From: Bacteroidales bacterium
GTDB lineage: Bacteria > Bacteroidota > Bacteroidia > Bacteroidales > VadinHA17
Assembly (NCBI GenBank): GCA_038252165.1
Contig: JBBSAP010000001.1
Span: forward strand, 1,530-65,529
Direction of reading: 5' to 3'
Length of the DNA: 64,000 bases
The translations under genes were made by a program, and so were the position numbers. Shown piece after piece: positions 1 through 7,534 of the stretch; position 1 is the stretch's first letter, and every line of letters starts with the position of its first letter. Below the pieces are notes generated by a model. It was given only the letters and a program-made list of their open reading frames with translations. It was not told where the DNA came from and did not search any database.

Positions 1-560
1 CTTATTATACTTAGGGGAGCAACCCAAAGAAAAACATTACCATTCTATCGGGATGGGAGTGGATTAAAACGAGGTGCAGACAAGAGTGTCGGAATATCTA
101 ACCAGTTGTTAGTAAGTAACATAATTATAATCATAAAACTTGTGTAGACTATCCATAATAAAATTGACAATTGAATTATTTACTTTATATTCAAGTTTAA
201 ATGTGTTATATTTATTAGAACCGCTCCAATAGTCGAATTATATAAGTTCTCTCTGTCAACTATAGTTGATCTGTTCTGCCCTGATTTTGTCTTAAAATGT
301 AAACAAATTATCATTTTTTGTATCCGCAGAATAGCATCTATTATTCTTTATCCATTTTTAACATTTCGTGACATAATCTTCACAAACACTTGACAATTCT
401 GTGACAGTTAGTAAAATGTCATGAACTAACTTCGTTCTTTAAAATGTTGTTACTCCTCATTAGGAGGTTGCCGGTATTCCAGTTTTTCTTGGGAATAGAT
501 AAAAGAATTACTCCAAATATATTCTCTAATCAGGTTTAGGTTCATTTAAAACTTTATCAC

Positions 561-1592
561 ATGAAAGCAATTATCAATTCCTCGAAAAGAATTTATTGGT
601 TCAAGGCCTTAATGGCATTCCTGACATGCCTGTTGTTTCTGATACCTCCCTCCTGTGAAAAGGATGTACTTAACCAGGATTCCTTACCTAATATGGATAA
701 AGTGGCAGTTTCTGCATCAGCAACAAGTAGTACTGCTAAAATGTATTGGGAACATTGGTTTTCAAAAGAATGGGGGGGACCAGGAGCTGTGACCCTAGAT
801 GCCTGGATAAATCCTCCGTGGTACAAAGAGTTTGGTAATTATGTCCTTAAAGTTCAAAGTACGAATATTAGTGCAAAAATCTCAGCATTACAAATCAGAA
901 TCGATGGTGTGCTAATCTTGACAGAAAAGGGCTTAGCCAGGGATTATTATGTAGCAAAAACACTAAGAAGCCTCGCTCAGAACGCGCATTTAACTGTATC
1001 AATGGAAGGTGATCAAGGGAGTAATATTCACGTATGGATTGAAGGGACTCTTAAAATAGGTACAGCTTATGGAAAACACTTATATTATAAAACAAACCAA
1101 CAGATGTCTTTTGATGAAGCAAATGGTTATAGCAATGGGTTGGGTGCTCATCTGGTAATAATAAATGATGCAAAAGAAAACAATTTTTTGTTGAATTTAT
1201 TTCCACATGATTATGACAGAAATTTCTACATTGGATTAGCAGATCGGTATTGGAATAACCAAGAATGGCATTGGGTTAATAATCAGGATAATCCTTTGTG
1301 CCGGGTACTTATTTGGAATGGTACACAATGTCCTGGGCCACCTGATTGGTGTAACAGTAATTGTTTAATAATTAATGATTATGGTTATAATAATTGGATG
1401 AATTGTGAGCCTAATAATGGAAATGGAGTCCAAGAAGAAGACGTTGCTGCTATTGGCAATGATGGCAGATGGTATGATCTTCCCTCCTATGAAAGTCGTA
1501 ATTTTGTCATAGAATGGGACTATATTCCGTCTTCCGGACTTTTAATTAATCTATTTAGGAATGAGTATCCATGGTATCCGTTTCCTCTGTAA
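561..1592 (+). CDS. Secreted or lipoprotein with C-terminal C-type lectin-like domain (EPN motif)
   Basis: ATG ORF of 343 aa. The hydrophobic N-terminus ends in Cys (LFLIPPSC). Residues ~168-322 follow the CTLD pattern: GAHLVIINDAKENNFL, FYIGLAD, EWHWVN, CEPNNGNG..EED, GRWYD, FVIEW. Confidence 0.6.
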   Translation: MKAIINSSKRIYWFKALMAFLTCLLFLIPPSCEKDVLNQDSLPNMDKVAVSASATSSTAKMYWEHWFSKEWGGPGAVTLDAWINPPWYKEFGNYVLKVQSTNISAKISALQIRIDGVLILTEKGLARDYYVAKTLRSLAQNAHLTVSMEGDQGSNIHVWIEGTLKIGTAYGKHLYYKTNQQMSFDEANGYSNGLGAHLVIINDAKENNFLLNLFPHDYDRNFYIGLADRYWNNQEWHWVNNQDNPLCRVLIWNGTQCPGPPDWCNSNCLIINDYGYNNWMNCEPNNGNGVQEEDVAAIGNDGRWYDLPSYESRNFVIEWDYIPSSGLLINLFRNEYPWYPFPL

Positions 1593-1729
1593 ACAGGTCA
1601 TGCCGGGAAAACCAGAACCAAATTAAATAAATTGAAGCCCTCGGAAATCATCTCCACGGGCTGTCAAGGAATTCTGGCGGATGTTGGGAATATGATTTGA
1701 AAATAGAAATCTCAATTTTGAAGATAACA

Positions 1730-1765
1730 GGGGACACAACGGTAGGTCATTGTGCCCCTTTTTAT
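1730..1765 (+). terminator. Rho-independent terminator after the lectin-like gene
   Basis: GGGGaCACAA - 10 nt loop - TTGTGCCCC followed by TTTTT. Same hairpin sequence family as at 7409 and 12458. Confidence 0.6.
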
Positions 1766-1860
1766 TATTGTATAATGCTGTGATTTATTATTATTTGGAA
1801 AGGAGAAAAGTATCTCTTAACTTATGGTACAAAATCTCAGAAATGTTCTGAAAACCTAGT

Positions 1861-3993
1861 ATGGCAATATCAATACATAAGCCTAAAAGGATACCTCTAC
1901 TCTTTCTTATTGGAATTGGGATTCCCTGCATTCTTCTGGGCTATCTGGCTTTCCGCGGTATTCAGAATGATCAGGCATTGCTGGAGAAAGAAAAGGTAAA
2001 CGAACACCGAAAAATTTCAGAATTGGTCACTCAGTCTGTTGAAGAAAATATTTCTGAAGTTGAGCAGGCTTTTTTGTACATCCTCGCCAAACATCAGGAG
2101 ACCGATCAATCCGGTCTGATTCTATCACTTGACAGCTTGAAACAACAGAATCCTTTAGTTGAAGCGGTCTTTTTTTATGAAAATTCCGGAGAAATTCGTC
2201 TGCCTGCAGCAAAGCTTTTGTTTCTTCCCAATGGCAGTATTCAATCATTCACTGTTTCGTCCCGAACTCCAGCTTCGATGAGAAAAGTACAGATTGGGCA
2301 ACAATTCGAATTTCAGAAAAAAAACTATCAAAAAGCCCTTACCAGTTACCAGCAGCAATTTGATCAGGTTTCTGACCCTCAAATGAAAGGAGAACTGCTT
2401 AGCGCAATTGCCAGAGTTCAAAAAAAATCAACTCTCTTTCGGGATGCTGAAAAAACCTATGAGACGATTTCCCGGGATTACAACCATATACAGACCTCAG
2501 GCAGAGTGCCATTAGGATTGGCAGCCCGGTCAGAACTCAGCTCTTTATCTATTGAAACTGGTGACACTTTAACCGCCTTAAAAGCATCCCTTGATCTATA
2601 CAAAGATCTTCTTAACAGGGAATGGATCCTGGACAAAGCTCAATATGATTTTTTTTCCCAGCATATTAAAGAATCGATTGATATTATCTTTTCAAAGACT
2701 TCAATGGCTGGACCTTTGCTTCCATATCAAAGTGCTTATGCAACTTTGAAAGAGGAGGAAAACAAGCAAAGAAATATCACTGAGAGATTGCTCACATTTC
2801 AGGAGAACGCCTCAACAGACCTTAAGGCCAGAGTTCCCCTCAATGCGGAAGAACTTCGAAATTCAGCCAGGCGATTTACATTGGAGAGCGGAGATCAGAC
2901 ATATCTTGTTTCTATATTGAATCAATACACGGGAAATGAAATCCGGGTGAATGAAATCCGGGGTCTCCTTTTAAATGCCGGCTATCTCAGGGATAGCCTT
3001 CTCCGCCAGGTATTGCAGATTAGTGCTCATTCCGGAAAAACCGAGTGGATAATAAAAGGGAGGGATGATCGAACCATTTTGAAGTCGGAGAACTCACCTT
3101 CAGGTTCGGTAACTGTCAGAACAAATTTTGAAGGCAGCTTCCCGCCATGGCCTATCGAGCTCTATCAGCAAACCCCGGACCTTTTTGATACATTTTTAAT
3201 TTCACGACGTGGAATTTATTTCTATGTATTTATTCTGCTGGCGGGTATCCTGGTATTTGGTTTGATCCTGACCAACCGGACCGTTTCTCATGAACTTGAA
3301 CTTTCAAGAATGAAATCTGATTTTGTCTCGACAATTTCACATGAATTTAAGAGTCCTTTATCTTCAATACGGCAGTTATCAGAGATGCTTCAATCGGGAA
3401 GAGTGCCTTCTGAAGAATATCGTCAGCAATATTATGATGTTCTTGTAGAACAAAGTGAAAGACTCTCTTTACTCATCGATAACATTTTGGATTTTTCAAA
3501 AATAGAGGAAGGCAAAAAGAAATTTTATTTTGAGATGATTGATATTGATCCGCTATTGCATGAGATTGTATCAGTCATTCAGGACCAGGTGCGTCATAAA
3601 AATTTCGACATTCAGTTAGAAATTGAAAAGCCCCTGCCATTAATTAAGGTAGACAAAGCAGCTATAGCACAGGCGATTACTAATCTGATAGATAATGCAA
3701 TCAAATATTCCGGGGAAGCCAAAAACATAATTGTTCGGGCGTTTGCGGAAAATCACTACCTGGTCATCACAGTAAAAGACTTCGGTATTGGTATCAGAAA
3801 GGGAGAAACTGATAAAGTATTTGAGCGATTCTATCGAGGGGGTGACGAGTTGACGCGAAAGGTTAAAGGGAGCGGGCTTGGATTGACATTAGTCAAACAA
3901 ATTGTGGAGGTGCATCATGGTACTGTTAACGTTGAAAGCGAACAAGGACATGGGAGCACTTTCTCGGTAACACTACCCCTGCATGGAATATGA
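1861..3993 (+). CDS. Sensor histidine kinase, cassette 1 (large extracytoplasmic TPR-like domain between two TM helices)
   Basis: TM near aa 12-32 and aa ~455-478. H-box SHEFKSPLSSI, N-box LIDNAIKYS, G1 DFGIGI, G2 GSGLGL. Confidence 0.9.
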   Translation: MAISIHKPKRIPLLFLIGIGIPCILLGYLAFRGIQNDQALLEKEKVNEHRKISELVTQSVEENISEVEQAFLYILAKHQETDQSGLILSLDSLKQQNPLVEAVFFYENSGEIRLPAAKLLFLPNGSIQSFTVSSRTPASMRKVQIGQQFEFQKKNYQKALTSYQQQFDQVSDPQMKGELLSAIARVQKKSTLFRDAEKTYETISRDYNHIQTSGRVPLGLAARSELSSLSIETGDTLTALKASLDLYKDLLNREWILDKAQYDFFSQHIKESIDIIFSKTSMAGPLLPYQSAYATLKEEENKQRNITERLLTFQENASTDLKARVPLNAEELRNSARRFTLESGDQTYLVSILNQYTGNEIRVNEIRGLLLNAGYLRDSLLRQVLQISAHSGKTEWIIKGRDDRTILKSENSPSGSVTVRTNFEGSFPPWPIELYQQTPDLFDTFLISRRGIYFYVFILLAGILVFGLILTNRTVSHELELSRMKSDFVSTISHEFKSPLSSIRQLSEMLQSGRVPSEEYRQQYYDVLVEQSERLSLLIDNILDFSKIEEGKKKFYFEMIDIDPLLHEIVSVIQDQVRHKNFDIQLEIEKPLPLIKVDKAAIAQAITNLIDNAIKYSGEAKNIIVRAFAENHYLVITVKDFGIGIRKGETDKVFERFYRGGDELTRKVKGSGLGLTLVKQIVEVHHGTVNVESEQGHGSTFSVTLPLHGI

Positions 3994-3999
3994 AGTCAT

Positions 4000-4050
4000 C
4001 AGTCCACAGTCGGCAGTCCGCAGTCCGCAGTCGGCAATTGGCAGTTGGCA
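4000..4050 (+). repeat. Heptad tandem repeat (CAGTCNN x7), left arm of inverted structure
   Basis: CAGTC cores at 4000, 4007, 4014, 4021, 4028 and degenerate units CAATT (4035) and CAGTT (4042). Starts 7 nt after the HK1 stop. Confidence 0.85.
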
Positions 4051-4084
4051 AAAAAGTAGGGAACGATTAAATAATAATAAGAAA

Positions 4085-4450
4085 ATGGCGACAGGATTTA
4101 GGAACCTGACTGTATATAAAAAAGCATTTGCGCTTGCAATGGATATTTATCACATTAGTAAGAAATTTCCGAAGGATGAGCTTTATTCTTTAACCTCTCA
4201 GATAAGAAGATCCTCAAGATCTGTTTGTTCAAATATTGGCGAAGGATATCGTAAACGTCAGTATGAAGCCCATTTTTTAAGTAAAATTTCTGATTCAGAT
4301 ATGGAAAATACCGAAACTCAAGTCTGGCTCGATTTTGCACTTGCATGTGAATATATAAAAAAAGAAATATTTGACGATTTCAATGAACGATCTGAAGAAA
4401 TTGGACGATTACTTAATCATATGATTCAATCCCCTGAAAAGTATAGATAG
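4085..4450 (+). CDS. Four-helix-bundle protein (23S rRNA intervening-sequence protein / Avd-like family)
   Basis: From M35 of the tracked ORF: FRNLTVYKKAF..DIY..KFPKDELYSLTSQIRRSSRSVCSNIGEGY.. matches the family pattern. The tracked upstream extension (3983-4084) merely translates the heptad repeat. Confidence 0.8.
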   Translation: MATGFRNLTVYKKAFALAMDIYHISKKFPKDELYSLTSQIRRSSRSVCSNIGEGYRKRQYEAHFLSKISDSDMENTETQVWLDFALACEYIKKEIFDDFNERSEEIGRLLNHMIQSPEKYR

Positions 4451-4461
4451 CCTTTTTTTCA

Positions 4462-4546
4462 AATTGCCGACTGAAGACTGGAGATTGAAGACTGGAGACT
4501 GGAGACTGGAGACTGGAGACTGGAGACTGGAGACTGAAGACTGAAA
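4462..4546 (+). repeat. Heptad tandem repeat (AATTGcc then GACTGNN x11), right arm, complementary to 4000-4050
   Basis: GACTG cores every 7 nt from 4469 to 4539 (one unit is GATTG). Ends ~27 nt before the RR1 ATG. Confidence 0.85.
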
Positions 4547-4572
4547 ATCAATAACAATTCAAACAGATACTA

Positions 4573-5253
4573 ATGGAAAAGATACTTATCATAGAGGACG
4601 AGGAAAGTGTCCTGATGGCGTTAGAGATTGACCTCAGGATTGAGGGGTATCAGGTTTCAAGTGCAAAAGACGGAATAACCGGCTTATCTATGGCAAAAGA
4701 GCAAGGATATGACCTCGTCATTCTTGATATTATGTTGCCGGAAATGAATGGATTTGAAGTATGCAAACAATTACGTCAAACTGGGATTACGACACCTGTT
4801 CTGATGTTGACTGCCAAAAGCCAGGAGGTCGATAAAGTCCTGGGACTGGAATTAGGAGCTGATGATTATGTCACTAAACCATTCAGCCCGCGCGAACTTC
4901 GTGCCCGTATAAACGCTCTTTTCAGGAGGATGAAGAAGACTCAGCAGGGAATCGACCAATATCATTTCGGCAATATGGATATTGATTTTAAAAAGCATGA
5001 AGTGCTGAAAAACAGACAGACAGTCTACCTTACAGCCCTTGAATTTGCCATGCTTCATTTTCTAATAAAGTATAAAGACCAGGTAGTCAGTCGTGACTCC
5101 ATCCTTGATAATGTCTGGGGCAGAGATGTGTATGTTTACCCCCGTGCCGTGGATACACATATCGCTCATCTAAGGAAGAAAATTGAAGATGATCCGGAAA
5201 ATCCGAAATATATCATTGGTGTTCGAAGTCTTGGATATAAATTTAAAGGATAA
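4573..5253 (+). CDS. OmpR/PhoB-family response regulator, cassette 1
   Basis: Receiver domain (LVILDIMLPEMNG, LTAKS, GADDYVTKPF) plus winged-helix output (VDTHIAHLRKKIE, GYKF). Confidence 0.92.
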   Translation: MEKILIIEDEESVLMALEIDLRIEGYQVSSAKDGITGLSMAKEQGYDLVILDIMLPEMNGFEVCKQLRQTGITTPVLMLTAKSQEVDKVLGLELGADDYVTKPFSPRELRARINALFRRMKKTQQGIDQYHFGNMDIDFKKHEVLKNRQTVYLTALEFAMLHFLIKYKDQVVSRDSILDNVWGRDVYVYPRAVDTHIAHLRKKIEDDPENPKYIIGVRSLGYKFKG

Positions 5254-5259
5254 TCAATC

Positions 5260-5276
5260 GTAACCAAATCTTAACA
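5260..5276 (+). promoter_or_regulatory. Direct TAAC-core repeats (GTAACC / CTTAACA), 11 bp apart, candidate RR site
   Basis: cgTAACCaaatCTTAACAc immediately after the RR1 stop and upstream of the propeller gene. Homologous to 10378-10394 in cassette 2. Confidence 0.3.
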
Positions 5277-5367
5277 CTATATACACATTAGCTTCATTCA
5301 TCAAAAATATCGAATTAATATGTTTACTCCTGTAAAATAAAAATTATAAAAAGAGGAGGAACTAATC

Positions 5368-7380
5368 ATGAAGTTACATCACTTTATTGCAGTTGTTCTT
5401 GTTTTCATGTTTATAGGTGTATCATCCGGGTACGCCCAGCAAACTGCGGAACAACTTTACCAATCCGGATTGTACAAAGAAGAAATAGAGGGGAAGCTGG
5501 ATGCTGCCATTAAAATTTATGAAACGATTATTAATCAGTATCCGGAAAACCGAGCGGTAGCAGCAAAGACGCATCTCCATATCGGACTATGCCACGAAAA
5601 ACTGGGCAATACAGCGGCCCGTAAGGAATATGAACGTATTGTGAGTGAATATACCGATCAATCTGATATTGTGACTCAGGCAAAGGAGAGGCTGGCGGTA
5701 CTTGGCAGTCCCAGTAATAAAAAAGGATTTATTACACGCAGGATTCTCGAAGATGCAACCGGTGTTGGTGAGGCACTGACCGCAGATGGCAAGTACATTA
5801 TAGGTTTAATCCGGGAAAAGGGTGACGTCTCCAGGTTCGAAATTACCAGTGGACAGACAAGCCAGATTAAAAACAAAGGATTATGGAGTGAGACTGACAT
5901 GAGCTTCATGGGCACGGCTTTATCACGTGACGGAAAACAAATCGCATATGATTCGTATAAGAAGGATTGGGCCCCTCAATTACTGATCAGAAACCTTGAT
6001 GGTTCAGAAGTTCGCACACTATACAGTGAGGTGGGCTATTACGCCCTGCCATTTGACTGGTCGCCTGATGCAGGATCCATCCTTGCACTTCGCAATAAAA
6101 ACGACATTACTGAATTAATACTTATTTCGACATCAGATAGCTCCATACGTGTACTGAGGAATATCCCTTCGAGTATGTTCATGTTTGAAAAGGCTTGTTT
6201 TTCACCTGATGGGCGATATGTCGCGTTCAGTTTTGTTTATGAAGGTAACCCACCCCATGGGGACCTCTTCCTGATGACATCCGATGGCCGTAATGAGATC
6301 GTTGTTGCCGGGCATCCCTCGGAGGATCGACTACTTGGATGGACACCTGATGGGAAAAGTCTTATCTTTCTAAGTGACCGCTCAGGGACATGGGATGTCT
6401 GGACTGTACGCATCATCGCAGGGAAGCAGCAGGGAGAACCGCAACTGCTGAAGAAAGATTTCGGCTATTATTCAGAGGTTATTGGCATTGCACCCATCGG
6501 ATCGTTTTATTACAAGGTTAACAACCCTTTAGGTGGTCTCTACAGCGGTGCAATCGACATTGAAACAGGCAAGATACTTTCACCCCCTTCACCTAAAGCA
6601 ACACGGTATACCGGCCCGCCTTATAATCTGACATGGTCATCCGATGGAAAATACTTGCTCTATCGTTCACGGGTGGGTTCTATGGGTCCCGGGAACAACA
6701 TCCTTACTATCAGGTCCGAATCAACCGGAGAAGAACGTTTTCTGTCGCCTCATCTTCGTTTTGTTAACCAGATCTCCTGGGCGCCTGATGGCCGTTCCAT
6801 CTTCGCTATTGGGTTGACAGAAAAAGAAACCGCAATGTATCAAATTGATGCTGAAACAAGCGCAATCACGAAACTCAAAGGTCACGGGTTTGCACCCCGC
6901 CTATGTCCGGATGGAAAAAGCCTGGTATTCTTAAAGTCGGGGATGGGGATGATAATCACTAGAATGAATATCGCGACAGGGGAAGAGTCGGAAGTTGCTA
7001 AAACGATAACAATGAACTACGACCTCTCGCCGGATGGAAAGGAAGTGGTGTTCCAGAAGGATAGCATTGTAAAAACCGTATCCCTCAGCGGAGGGGAACC
7101 CAAAGAGCTGGTACGCGGATTGGCCCAGTATTACGGACTTAAGTGGACAAGTGATGGCCGATACATCGTAGCCCGGGCGCTACCCTCCAGTGAACTGAAC
7201 AATGAAAACAGTAAAATCTGGCGGATTCCGGCACAGGGGGGGACTCCTCTTAAGTTGGATCTTTCTGTTCCAAATATGGTATCATTTGCGCTTCACCCCG
7301 ATAATAGCCATTTTGTTTTCAGTGTCTCTGGGGAGAACAAAAGTGAGTTGTGGGTTATGGAAAACTTCTTACCGAAATAA
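5368..7380 (+). CDS. Secreted TPR + PD40/TolB-like beta-propeller repeat protein, cassette 1
   Basis: Signal peptide (..GVSSGYAQQ). YbgF/BamD-like TPR (YPENRAVAAKTHLHIGLCHEKLG). Repeated SPDG/TPDGK/SSDGK blades. C-terminus ELWVMENFLPK. Confidence 0.75.
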   Translation: MKLHHFIAVVLVFMFIGVSSGYAQQTAEQLYQSGLYKEEIEGKLDAAIKIYETIINQYPENRAVAAKTHLHIGLCHEKLGNTAARKEYERIVSEYTDQSDIVTQAKERLAVLGSPSNKKGFITRRILEDATGVGEALTADGKYIIGLIREKGDVSRFEITSGQTSQIKNKGLWSETDMSFMGTALSRDGKQIAYDSYKKDWAPQLLIRNLDGSEVRTLYSEVGYYALPFDWSPDAGSILALRNKNDITELILISTSDSSIRVLRNIPSSMFMFEKACFSPDGRYVAFSFVYEGNPPHGDLFLMTSDGRNEIVVAGHPSEDRLLGWTPDGKSLIFLSDRSGTWDVWTVRIIAGKQQGEPQLLKKDFGYYSEVIGIAPIGSFYYKVNNPLGGLYSGAIDIETGKILSPPSPKATRYTGPPYNLTWSSDGKYLLYRSRVGSMGPGNNILTIRSESTGEERFLSPHLRFVNQISWAPDGRSIFAIGLTEKETAMYQIDAETSAITKLKGHGFAPRLCPDGKSLVFLKSGMGMIITRMNIATGEESEVAKTITMNYDLSPDGKEVVFQKDSIVKTVSLSGGEPKELVRGLAQYYGLKWTSDGRYIVARALPSSELNNENSKIWRIPAQGGTPLKLDLSVPNMVSFALHPDNSHFVFSVSGENKSELWVMENFLPK

Positions 7381-7408
7381 AAAAGACTCATAATAAGAGC
7401 ATTCTCAA

Positions 7409-7443
7409 GGGGCACAATGGTAATTCGTTGTGCCCTTTTTTTC
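7409..7443 (+). terminator. Rho-independent terminator after propeller gene 1
   Basis: GGGGCACAA - 10 nt - TTGTGCCC then a T-run. Confidence 0.65.
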
Positions 7444-7451
7444 CTTGTTTG

Positions 7452-7488
7452 ATTCTTAACAGAATTTGTCAAATTCTTAACACGTAAC
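7452..7488 (+). promoter_or_regulatory. Direct repeat ATTCTTAACA x2 (21 bp apart) plus GTAAC, upstream of HK2
   Basis: ATTCTTAACA at 7452-7461 and 7473-7482; GTAAC at 7484-7488. Confidence 0.35.
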
Positions 7489-7534
7489 TGCCTGATTTTT
7501 CTGATATTTGATAATCATAAGTTATGCGGTTCTC

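Noticed and set aside
3983-4084. N-terminal 34 codons of the tracked ORF 3983-4450 (MEYEVISPQSAVRSPQSAIGSWQ..)
   Set aside because: This part is only the translation of the CAGTCNN heptad repeat and overlaps the HK1 stop. The family-typical sequence starts at the ATG at 4085.
4000-4546. Heptad and 8-mer tandem arrays (also at 9563, 13344, 25174 and 56264) considered as CRISPR arrays
   Set aside because: The units are only 7-8 nt and directly abut each other with no spacers. No cas genes are present. These are not CRISPR arrays.
7508-7534. TTG start of HK2 given in the track
   Set aside because: The in-frame ATG at 7535 (MKSTHHG..) precedes the TM helix, as in HK1. The TTG extension adds only 9 residues, and I see no reason to prefer it over the ATG.
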